Source of the DNA: Myxococcota bacterium
GTDB taxonomy: Bacteria > Myxococcota_A > UBA796 > SXON01
Direction: 5' to 3'
DNA length: 64,000 nt
Assembly: GCA_049322475.1 (NCBI GenBank)
Contig: JBMOQZ010000244.1
Location: forward strand, 21,600-85,599
The notes beneath the pieces were generated by a model. It saw only the letters and a list, made by a program, of their open reading frames with translations. It searched no databases and was not told the DNA's origin. How positions within the stretch are numbered: the stretch's first letter is position 1; each line of letters starts with the position of its first letter. The translations under genes and the position numbers were made by a program. Positions 32,539 through 40,842 of this stretch are shown here, one piece after another.

Positions 32539-32898
32539 ATGGTGCCCGTCCGTTCTCGCGCGCTCGTCGTCGACGACGACCCGGTCTGTCGCACCTTCGC
32601 CGCCGAGGTGCTCGCCGCGGCCGGATTCGAGGTGCAGACCGCCCCCGACGGCCGTACCGCCCTCGAAGTCCACGTTGCCGGCGGTCCCTTCGGGCTCGTC
32701 GTCACCGACCTCGACATGCCTGGCCTGCACGGCGTCGAGGTGGCCGACGCCATCATCCGCGCCTGCGCGGACGTGTGCGTCCTCTTCGTGAGCGCCGACG
32801 AGGTGACGCCGATCCTCGCGCGCCGGAGTGGCTTCCTGCCCAAGCCGTTCACCCGGGCGGAGCTCCTGTCCGAGATCGAGCGGCTGCTGGCCCGGTAG
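32539..32898 (+). CDS. Single-domain response regulator
   Basis: ALVVDDD, TDLDMPG, LPKPF. Confidence 0.85.
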   Translation: MVPVRSRALVVDDDPVCRTFAAEVLAAAGFEVQTAPDGRTALEVHVAGGPFGLVVTDLDMPGLHGVEVADAIIRACADVCVLFVSADEVTPILARRSGFLPKPFTRAELLSEIERLLAR

Positions 32899-33021
32899 CA
32901 CGCGCCGCGCTCTTTGCCCTCCGGCTGGGCGCACGTTCCCGACGCTGTCGACTTCCGTCGCCCCGGGCGGCCGGCACCGCTCGGCGCTCGAGTGTCGCGG
33001 GGGGCCGCCCCTCGCCGGTTC

Positions 33022-33492
33022 CTACGCCGTCACCGGATGCAGGTGGCCGAGCAAGAACAGCGCTGATCGGTCGTTGAGCGCGATGTGACCACGCGATCCG
33101 TGTCGCGCTCGTGCACGGCGGACGGCAACCACCCGCCCGCCGCACTCCTCCCGGACATAGCCCCCGTCGAGGAGCGGGTCGAGGTGGAGCGTGTAGGCCC
33201 CGAGCGGGATGGACGCACCGTGCTTCGTACGCCGCCAGCTCAGGTGGACCGTCAACCGAGCGCGTCCCGGTGAACGCCTGACCCGCGTCCGGTAGTGCCG
33301 GCCGGGGTTGTGCTCGACGCAGCCACTCCACCGGAGGTCCGTCTCGTCGGCATCCAGGAGGCAACGGTGGACGGGCGCACCGGAGTCTAGGAAAGCGGCG
33401 TGGAGCATCACGCGGGCCGGGGAGGACCATCCTGACGCGCTGACGATGCATCCTCGGTCTATCGCCCGCCGTCGGCTCGCCAGGGACTCCAT
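33022..33492 (-). CDS. Hypothetical protein
   Basis: Open frame only. Confidence 0.35.
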   Translation of the reverse strand: MESLASRRRAIDRGCIVSASGWSSPARVMLHAAFLDSGAPVHRCLLDADETDLRWSGCVEHNPGRHYRTRVRRSPGRARLTVHLSWRRTKHGASIPLGAYTLHLDPLLDGGYVREECGGRVVAVRRARARHGSRGHIALNDRSALFLLGHLHPVTA

Positions 33493-33766
33493 GGGGACCC
33501 CGGAGATTCACGTCTTCGGCGAGGAGGTGTCCAGCGCGTGAGGCGGGCGCGCGCTCACGCCACCACACAGAGCAAACGGTGTGCCCGGATGAGGGTGAAC
33601 GCCGGTGCCGGCGGGGCCCGTCGCCAACGGTTCCACTCCTCGGTGGCGGTGCGCCAACAATGCTCCTCGCCGGCGTCCCAGGGGCGCAACGTCCCGGGGG
33701 GCACTCGAAGTTCGAGCCGAGCCGGAATACTCCACGCCCTCGCCGAGGGCGGGGTCGAGGGAGACG

Positions 33767-34759
33767 ATGGGAAGCAACCGGTTCGAACGCTACGAGCGGC
33801 TCCGAGAGGTGCAGACCCTGCTCGAGCAGGGCGAGGAGGTCGACCGCGAGCTCCTGGGCCTGAAGTACGAGCTATCTCCCAGCGCGATCACCGACTACGT
33901 CACCTACCTCGGCAAGGAGTACGGCGCGCGCCTGATCGCGCGGAAGGAGGGGAGGCGAAAGTTCTGGCGGCTCGTGCAGGAGGCCGACATCCGCACCACG
34001 GACCTCACGCGCGCAGCGTCGCTCAAATTCGGGGAGATCACGCTCGACGTGTTCCGTGGCACCAAGTACCACCGCGAGGTCCAGCGCCTGTCGCGCTCCG
34101 AACGGTCCCGCCTCGCGCTCGAGCCGGCCCATCGGCTCGACCGGCTCGCGCGGGGCCTCTTCCGACGGACCCGAGGTTCGCCCGACTACTCGCACCGTAA
34201 GGAGGCGCTCGAGGCCTGGCTCGACGCGATCCTCACCAACCGTGTGCTCTGGATGCGCTACCAGCGCGCGGACGGGCGGATCAACGAGTACACGATCGAG
34301 CCGTTGATCCTCGTGCTCTACCATGAGCGGCTGCACCTCCTGAGCCGCCTCGCCGAGAGCAAGGACGCCCGGACGTTCGACCTGGACGGCGTTCTGGAAG
34401 CAATCCTGACGGAGTCGGAGTTCGTGCCGCCGCCGCCGGAGGACTTCGACCCTCGGGAGATCTACCGCCACAGCTTCGGGATCTTCTCCAACACGGGTGA
34501 CGATCCGCAGTCGGTCCGGCTTGCCGTGCGCAACGTGCCGCGGGTCCAACTGGAGCTGCGGCCCGCCCACCCATCTCAAGTCCTCGGCGACTCCGACGAG
34601 CACGGCTGGCGTGACGTCACGTTCACGCTCTGCGTGTGCCCCGAGTTCCGCTCCTGGGTGTTGAGCCTTCTACCGGACGTACGTGTCCTGGAGCCGCCCG
34701 CCCTGGTACGCAGGATCCGTGATGCCATCGCGGCCGGGCAGGCGAACAACAGTTCTTGA
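33767..34759 (+). CDS. HTH-WYL-WCX transcriptional regulator
   Basis: N-terminal wHTH, IEPLILVLYHERLHL, RTFDLDGV, SFGIF, HPSQ, WVLS; GGGAG RBS. Confidence 0.9.
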   Translation: MGSNRFERYERLREVQTLLEQGEEVDRELLGLKYELSPSAITDYVTYLGKEYGARLIARKEGRRKFWRLVQEADIRTTDLTRAASLKFGEITLDVFRGTKYHREVQRLSRSERSRLALEPAHRLDRLARGLFRRTRGSPDYSHRKEALEAWLDAILTNRVLWMRYQRADGRINEYTIEPLILVLYHERLHLLSRLAESKDARTFDLDGVLEAILTESEFVPPPPEDFDPREIYRHSFGIFSNTGDDPQSVRLAVRNVPRVQLELRPAHPSQVLGDSDEHGWRDVTFTLCVCPEFRSWVLSLLPDVRVLEPPALVRRIRDAIAAGQANNSS

Positions 34760-34898
34760 CTCCCGATGCTCCGCAACGGAGCACCTTCCAGATTGTGACA
34801 CATCGCGGAGCACAACGTCGTTTGTCTCGGCGAGCACACAAGAAGTCAGGCATCTTGGAGGGCGCCCTGTAGGGAATCCGCTCGGGGCCGGGAAAAGG

Positions 34899-35144
34899 AT
34901 GCGCGACTGCTACAACTACACGCTCAAGGACGGCCGCAGGCACGTCTACAAGGGCATCACCAACGACCCCGAGGCACGGCTCGTCGAACACGTGTTGGAC
35001 GGCAAGCGTTTCACCCACATGGTGATCGACGGGACCGCCAGGACGCGCCCCTCCGCGAAGCGTCGCGAGGCCCAGGCGCTTGCGACGTACCGCGAGAATC
35101 ATGGCGGCCGGAACCCGAAGTACAACCGCACGCGGGACGGGTAG
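34899..35144 (+). CDS. Minimal GIY-YIG nuclease (81 aa)
   Basis: YNY...VYKGITNDPEARLVEH...A.RRE...PKYN. Confidence 0.8.
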   Translation: MRDCYNYTLKDGRRHVYKGITNDPEARLVEHVLDGKRFTHMVIDGTARTRPSAKRREAQALATYRENHGGRNPKYNRTRDG

Positions 35145-35150
35145 CCGGTC

Positions 35151-35975
35151 ATGGTCCTCGCGCTGCGTCCCAATCAGTTCCGCATCCAGCACGTCCGCGA
35201 GATCGGGCAGGGCGGCCTCGGCCGCGTCGACGAGGTCGAGGTCGTCGCGACGACGTGCGAGAAGACCGTCGGCTCCCGCTGGGCCCGGAAACGCATGAAC
35301 GAGAGCTGGACGTCCGAGCACCTCCAGCGGTTCGAGCGTGAGATCGCCGCCCTCAAGGCGATGCGACACGCCCACATCGTCTCGTTCGAAGGCGAGAACG
35401 TGCCGGAGAACCGGGAGCGCTTCTACGTAATGCCGCTGTACCCGGACACGCTGCGGCACCGCCTCTCCCGCCACGGGGCTTATGCGTGGCACGAGATCGC
35501 GCACTTCGGTGCCACGATCGCCCATGGACTGGCGTACGCGCACGGGAAGGGGCTCGTCCACCGGGACCTGAAGCCCGAGAACGTCCTGCTCACCGAGAAC
35601 GGGGAGCCCGTGATCGCCGACTGGGGGCTTGGATACTTCGTTCACCAGCACTCGAAGGTGCTGCGCGGTCTCACGCGAGGCGGAATGGGGACGGAGTACT
35701 ACTGCTCCTCCGAGCAGTGGAGCACCGGAAAATGCGGGCCCGAGGGGGACGTGTACTCGCTGGGGATGGTCCTCGCCGAGATCGTGGAGGGGCGGCAGCG
35801 GGACCTCCTCGCGGTTGGCTGGGGGGTCGACTCGGACGTGACCGCGCCGACCTCCGCTGGCGCGCGCCACTTCAACGCGCTCGTGCGCTCGATGACCGCC
35901 GCGACCGCCACACGCCGCCTCTCGTCGATGACCGCGGTGGCCTCCAACCTGATGGAGTGCGTGCGACTCGGCTGA
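35151..35975 (+). CDS. Stand-alone cytoplasmic Ser/Thr kinase
   Basis: IGQGGLGRV, ARK, RFEREI, HRDLKPEN, DWG, GTEYY..EQ, DVYSLG; no TM or sensor domain. Confidence 0.9.
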   Translation: MVLALRPNQFRIQHVREIGQGGLGRVDEVEVVATTCEKTVGSRWARKRMNESWTSEHLQRFEREIAALKAMRHAHIVSFEGENVPENRERFYVMPLYPDTLRHRLSRHGAYAWHEIAHFGATIAHGLAYAHGKGLVHRDLKPENVLLTENGEPVIADWGLGYFVHQHSKVLRGLTRGGMGTEYYCSSEQWSTGKCGPEGDVYSLGMVLAEIVEGRQRDLLAVGWGVDSDVTAPTSAGARHFNALVRSMTAATATRRLSSMTAVASNLMECVRLG

Positions 35976-35985
35976 CGGCGACTGC

Positions 35986-36669
35986 CTATCCGCCCTCGTC
36001 GCCGTCGGGCTCCTCGCCCTCGGCAAACGACCACGCGTCGAACGTCCGCCCCCCGCGCTCGCGGGGCGCCTCAGCGGATGGGGCGCGCGCCGTTGCGTCC
36101 GGCTCCACCCGCACGCCCATGACGCGGCCCATGAGCTCCTTCGCCATCTCCACGAGCGCGTCCTCCCTCGCCCGGTTGCGCTTCTTCTTCGCCGAGGGAG
36201 GCGGCACGTTCATCTCCCTCGCCTCCTTCAGCAGCGCTGCGGCAGCGAAGACGACCTCGGGCGTGCTGCGGTGCATGTCGAGCATCTGCCGTGTCTTCTC
36301 GGCGTCGGCGAGCCGCGCCTCCCGCAGTGCGCGCGCCTGCGCGGTCCGCACGCTGGCGGGTATCGACGCCCGGGACACCCGCACGCGCTCACGGGCGAGC
36401 TCGTCTGCGCCGGCGAGGACCGTGATCGTCCCTTCGAAGGGGTACCCCGCGCGCGGGAGCAGCCGCGCCAGGGCCGCGCGCAGTGCGCGCTGGCCCTGCT
36501 CGGGGCCGGCAGGGTCCACGATCGCCTCCCACCTCCCGACGGTGTGCCCGCCGAAGGCGGCCTCCACCGCGATGCTGACGCGCCCGCCCTCCACACGGCC
36601 GCTCCATTGGTCCGCGACGGCGGGCCAGACGAGGTCGAGAAAGGCCGGCCAGTCGGGGAACGAGCGCAC
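35986..36669 (-). CDS. Hypothetical protein
   Basis: 3' portion of a long frame with protein-like composition; start uncertain. Confidence 0.5.
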   Translation of the reverse strand: MRSFPDWPAFLDLVWPAVADQWSGRVEGGRVSIAVEAAFGGHTVGRWEAIVDPAGPEQGQRALRAALARLLPRAGYPFEGTITVLAGADELARERVRVSRASIPASVRTAQARALREARLADAEKTRQMLDMHRSTPEVVFAAAALLKEAREMNVPPPSAKKKRNRAREDALVEMAKELMGRVMGVRVEPDATARAPSAEAPRERGGRTFDAWSFAEGEEPDGDEGG

Positions 36670-36735
36670 GAAGACCTCCTCGAACGTCCATCCTACAGGT
36701 AGACGAACAAAGGATCGACATAACTTGCTACAATC

Positions 36736-37812
36736 ATGCTCATGTCGACTCTGGCATGCGCCCTCGCGAACGAGCCCGATGGTGGCGTCGTCCCGGACGA
36801 GCCGCAGCTCGAGGGACTCGAGCCGCGACCCACAATCGCCCGAGTGGCCGGCGGGTACCACATCTCCCCGACGGCGAGCCCCTGCCTCGCGCGGGACGGG
36901 ACCGCCTGGGTCTTGCGGGCCGGCGCGCCCGTCGCGGCGACGCCCGAGGAGCGCGCCCTGCTGGACGACGCCTGCGGCCGCGGTCCTTTCGAGCTCCCCT
37001 GGCTCGACGGCGCGACGAACGGCTGGCGGGGCGACCCCCTGCCCGCCTGCATGACGGTCGAGTACGCGTGGTTCGACACCGGCGCCGCCGAGGCCGAGGC
37101 CCACGCCATCGCGCCGGTGCACGCCCGCTCGCTCGCCGCGCCCTTCGCGAGCGCGGTGTCCGCGGTGGTCAGCGACGTGCTCGTCCGGCACGGCCGCGCG
37201 CCCGACCTCCTCGAGCGCGTGCTGATCGAGCTGATCGCCAACGGTGTTGGCCACCGCAGCTACGCGCCGCCATACGTCGAGCGCGCCGTCGTCGTCGAGG
37301 AGTTCACCGACCTCGTTCGCGTGCGGAGTCCGGGCTTGCCTCCCCGCCCGGTGCTGCTCCCGGACGGGACCATCCGCGGGCGCTGGTCGCGCAACCCGCG
37401 CCTGATGGCGCACCTCGGGATGGAGGGGCTCGTCCACCAGCAGGGACGCGGTCTGGCGATCGCGCCCCGGCTCGCGCGCGACGCCGGGTACGAGATGCGC
37501 GTCCGCGCGGGCGCCGACGAAGTGATCGCGGAGCTCGCACCCGTGCCTTCCCGGTGGGAGCGCGCGCCCGACCGGCTGCGCCAGCGCCAGCCCGAGGCGG
37601 TCCGCGCCGACCGCATCGTCGACCACCTCTCGCGATGCTCGGAGGCGAGCGTGGCGAGCGTCGCGACCGCGCTGAGCATGCCCTCGTCCACCGTGCGCGC
37701 GTCGATCCGGCGCCTGGTCGCCGCCGGGCGGGTCGAGCCCACGTGCGAGGCCTCGCGGTCGCCGCTGCAGACCTACCGCCTGGCCACCGTCGAAGCGGCT
37801 CGCAGGGGGTAG
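36736..37812 (+). CDS. HATPase_c_4 (RecG C-terminal-like) + wHTH protein
   Basis: ELIANGVGHRSY, VRSPG, RNPRL, GRG, C-terminal HTH. Confidence 0.72.
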   Translation: MLMSTLACALANEPDGGVVPDEPQLEGLEPRPTIARVAGGYHISPTASPCLARDGTAWVLRAGAPVAATPEERALLDDACGRGPFELPWLDGATNGWRGDPLPACMTVEYAWFDTGAAEAEAHAIAPVHARSLAAPFASAVSAVVSDVLVRHGRAPDLLERVLIELIANGVGHRSYAPPYVERAVVVEEFTDLVRVRSPGLPPRPVLLPDGTIRGRWSRNPRLMAHLGMEGLVHQQGRGLAIAPRLARDAGYEMRVRAGADEVIAELAPVPSRWERAPDRLRQRQPEAVRADRIVDHLSRCSEASVASVATALSMPSSTVRASIRRLVAAGRVEPTCEASRSPLQTYRLATVEAARRG

Positions 37813-37815
37813 GAC

Positions 37816-38142
37816 ATGGACCCGCGCCGTCGCTGTGCCTCGTGGCTCGTCCTCTTCGAGGAGGCGCGACGCCCGATCGGGCGGGCGTTCCGGGGGGCGC
37901 GCTGCCCGGAGAAGATCGCGCGTGTCGAGGTCCACGTACCCGGTGGGCATCGGCTCGTGAAGGCGGCCGTCGGCCTCGTGGACACGCGCCTCGAGGACCG
38001 CGGCGAGGCCGAGCTCCACGCGTGGCTCACGTCGATCGCGCCGCTCTTGCCCGTCCCCGCACACGGATCCGTCCGCATCGACTTCATCGCCGGCGGCGTG
38101 CGCTTCGGCCGCTGGTCCTGCCGCGTCGCCGTCGACCCGTGA
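37816..38142 (+). CDS. Hypothetical protein
   Basis: AGGA RBS directly after the previous stop. Confidence 0.5.
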   Translation: MDPRRRCASWLVLFEEARRPIGRAFRGARCPEKIARVEVHVPGGHRLVKAAVGLVDTRLEDRGEAELHAWLTSIAPLLPVPAHGSVRIDFIAGGVRFGRWSCRVAVDP

Positions 38143-38202
38143 ACAAGCCCGACGGCTTCCTCGGGACTTCCGCGCCCGGCGCGGCTCGCCTACGACGAAG
38201 GC

Positions 38203-38688
38203 ATGGTGTCCTGGCGCGCCGCCCTCAGCGCCCACGCCGTCCTCACGGAGGACGAGGCGGTCGCCGCGCTGCCGGTGAACCAGGAGGCCGCCCGGGGGTG
38301 GTTGCATTCGCACGTCCGCCCGCGCACCGCGCTCGCGGGCATCGCGCTGTACGTGTGGGCCGACGTCGTGGAGGCCCTCGGCGGGTCCCCCCGGGACCCG
38401 CCCGTCGTCGGCGCCGAGGCGGCCGCCTCCGTGCTCGGCGTGTCTCGCTCGGCCGTCGACCGCCGCATCCGCGGCCTCCCCCCGTGGGAACGCCCTGTCT
38501 CCGTTGGCTCTGGCCGCAACAGCCGCTGGTGGTGGCCGAGCCGCGAGGCGGTGCTCGCCTGGTGGGCGAAGCCGCCTCCGCCCGCGGCGGCGCCGACCGC
38601 TCGATCCGGTCGCTCCCCTCGCCCCAGCGGCCCAGCCGTGGACGTGCGCTCCGCCCTCCGGGCCGCTCTCGGCAAGAAGCCTCGTTGA
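38203..38688 (+). CDS. Excisionase-like HTH protein
   Basis: Two HTH-like units (LTEDEAVAAL; GAEAAASVLGVSRSAVDRRI...RWWW...VLAWW). Confidence 0.5.
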   Translation: MVSWRAALSAHAVLTEDEAVAALPVNQEAARGWLHSHVRPRTALAGIALYVWADVVEALGGSPRDPPVVGAEAAASVLGVSRSAVDRRIRGLPPWERPVSVGSGRNSRWWWPSREAVLAWWAKPPPPAAAPTARSGRSPRPSGPAVDVRSALRAALGKKPR

Positions 38689-38712
38689 AGCGTTGCCTCG
38701 GAGAGCGTCGAC

Positions 38713-38729
38713 GTGACGCGGACCGCCAC
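38713..38729. promoter_or_regulatory. GTGAC-N7-GTCAC-type palindrome upstream of the DUF305 gene
   Basis: GTGAC-gcggacc-GCCAC. Confidence 0.45.
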
Positions 38730-38775
38730 AGGTGACCTCCGGTTGGCGGTGCGCACCCTACGATCGGGAGGCGAG

Positions 38776-39333
38776 ATGCGACGGACCCTCTGTCTTTGCG
38801 CCCTCGTGGGCACCATGACTGCGAGCGCCTGCATGCCCCGGACCTCGTCCGGGGGCGCGGCCGTTCTTCCTGCGCCCTGGACACCCGCCGACGCCGTCGA
38901 GTTCATCGACGCGATGGTCGCCCACCACCAGATGGCGACCGAGATGGCGGAGGAGGAGCTGGCACGCGGCGCGGACGGCGAGGTGGTCGCGATGGCGGCG
39001 CAGATGCAGGAGACGCAGGCGGCCGAGGTCGAGCGCCTCCTCGCGCGTCGGGACGCGCTGACCACGGAGCCGGTCCACGCCCTCGAGGAGGACCCGCACG
39101 CGGAGGAAGCGCTCGCCGAGCTTGCCTCGCGCTCCGGCGAGTCGCTCGACCGCGCCTTCCTCGTCGAGATGATCGTCCATCATGCGGACGCCGTGAGCAT
39201 CGCCCACCGCGCCGGCCCGAACCTCGACGACTCCGAGGTCGCCGCGATCGCGGAGACCATCGAGGACGCGCAGGCCTGGGAGATTGGCCAGATGCGGCAG
39301 CGGCTCGACGTCCTCGAGGGGCTCGTTCCGTGA
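38776..39333 (+). CDS. DUF305 (ferritin-like, CopM-type) metal-binding lipoprotein
   Basis: FIDAMVAHHQMATEMA and FLVEMIVHHADAVSIA...AQAWEI; lipobox ASAC. Confidence 0.9.
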   Translation: MRRTLCLCALVGTMTASACMPRTSSGGAAVLPAPWTPADAVEFIDAMVAHHQMATEMAEEELARGADGEVVAMAAQMQETQAAEVERLLARRDALTTEPVHALEEDPHAEEALAELASRSGESLDRAFLVEMIVHHADAVSIAHRAGPNLDDSEVAAIAETIEDAQAWEIGQMRQRLDVLEGLVP

Positions 39334-39562
39334 CGACGTGACCGGCGCCGTCACGCCCGGGGCGTCGACGCGCAGGCGCGCGCCGCCTTGAGGTCCCCCT
39401 CCACCGCCGCCCCGCTCACGCTGCCCGCGAGGTCGGCGACGAGCGCGTGGCCCCCCGCAGAGCACGTGACGTCGACGTCCATCAGAACGCCGCGCGGATG
39501 TCCCCCGGCTGTGACCCCCGAAGACACATCCCCTTCCCTGCCTCCTCCGCTAATCTCTCGGC

Positions 39563-40219
39563 ATGCTCTTCCTCCTGTCCGCCTGCTCCTCCGGCAAGAT
39601 CACGCTCGACGACGAGCCCGCCGGCGGATCCTCGACCTCTACCCGTACCGACGACACGGCCGAGCGCGTGGAGGATCCGCAGGATCCCGCCTGCGAGATC
39701 ACCTCCCCGGCGAGCGAGCTCTCTCAGCCGTGGGACGAACCCTTCACCTTCGCGGCCACGGCGTCCGATCCACAAGACGGCGACCTCGACGGCGCCGGCA
39801 TCGTGTGGCGGACGAGCGCCGACGCCGTCCCCCTCGGGGACGGGGCCTCGATCACCGTGGTCCTCCCGGCGAGCGGCGCCCAGAACGTCTCGTGCAACGT
39901 CGTGGACTCGGACGGCAACACCGGGACCGCCGAGGTGCGGGTGACCGCGCTGTCACCGCTCGCCGAGATCTGGCACCCCGGCGACGGCGAGACGCGGGAG
40001 GCCGGCGCGGACATCCCGTGGGTCGGCGCCGCGGAGGACCGCGAGGACGGGGCGCTCCCGGGCGACGCCCTCGAGTGGAGCAGCGACCTCGACGGCACGT
40101 TCGGCACGGGCGATCGCTTCTCCGCGCCCCTCTCCGCAGGTCAGCACCGCATCACGCTCACGGCTACGGACAGCGACGGGAACACGGGGACCACGAGCAT
40201 CTCCCTCACGATCGAGTAG
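39563..40219 (+). CDS. Lipoprotein with two Ig/PKD-like domains
   Basis: LSAC; repeated ATASDPQDGDL / AEDREDGAL...WSSDLDG. Confidence 0.8.
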   Translation: MLFLLSACSSGKITLDDEPAGGSSTSTRTDDTAERVEDPQDPACEITSPASELSQPWDEPFTFAATASDPQDGDLDGAGIVWRTSADAVPLGDGASITVVLPASGAQNVSCNVVDSDGNTGTAEVRVTALSPLAEIWHPGDGETREAGADIPWVGAAEDREDGALPGDALEWSSDLDGTFGTGDRFSAPLSAGQHRITLTATDSDGNTGTTSISLTIE

Positions 40220-40307
40220 GCATCCCGCTTGCAGGATCTCTGCTCGCCTCCCTCCGGGAGGCCCGCCGGCGTGTGAATTCCCACCCAAAGGTGCGCGCGC
40301 TGGCACA

Positions 40308-40324
40308 GTAACCAAATCTGTCAC
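40308..40324. promoter_or_regulatory. GTGAC-N7-GTCAC-type palindrome
   Basis: GTAAC-caaatct-GTCAC upstream of 40340. Confidence 0.5.
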
Positions 40325-40339
40325 ACGCGGAGCGTCCCC

Positions 40340-40825
40340 ATGATCACCCTGGTCTTCCTCTTCCCCGCCTGCTCCTCGGGCGCGGCCGACCGCACGGAGC
40401 AGCACATCGCCGACTACGAAGCCGCCGTGGCCGCGGCCGAGACCGTCGTGGCGGACCACGCCGCCGCGGTCGCCACCGCCGCCACCATCGAGGACGTCGA
40501 CGCCCTCGAGGACGCGTTCGCGATGGACTGGGAGGCGGCGCACGCGCAGGTGGATGAGCAGATGGACATGCTCGAGGGGTGCGAGATGGACGACGAGGAC
40601 ATGGGCATGATGGACGAGGCCGCCATGGCGATGGGCGACGCGGACGCCTCGGCGATGGACCACGTGGCCGAGCACGACGCGCACACCGCCCTCTCCGAGT
40701 GCCTCACCGCCGAGGACGCCCACGAGACGTCGATGATGGAGCACCTCGACGCGATGATGGAGCACGGCGACCACTGGCGCGACAGCACCCACTGCGAGGA
40801 GATGGGTGACATGGGCGAGATGTAG
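40340..40825 (+). CDS. Met/His/Asp/Glu-rich helical lipoprotein, putative metal sponge
   Basis: PAC lipobox-like; about 18 Met and 11 His in 161 aa, no Lys. Confidence 0.8.
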   Translation: MITLVFLFPACSSGAADRTEQHIADYEAAVAAAETVVADHAAAVATAATIEDVDALEDAFAMDWEAAHAQVDEQMDMLEGCEMDDEDMGMMDEAAMAMGDADASAMDHVAEHDAHTALSECLTAEDAHETSMMEHLDAMMEHGDHWRDSTHCEEMGDMGEM

Positions 40826-40842
40826 GCCCCCGGGGGCGCGCG

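Noticed and set aside
40301-40318. Sigma54 promoter at TGGCAC
   Set aside because: No TTGC/GC at the -12 position
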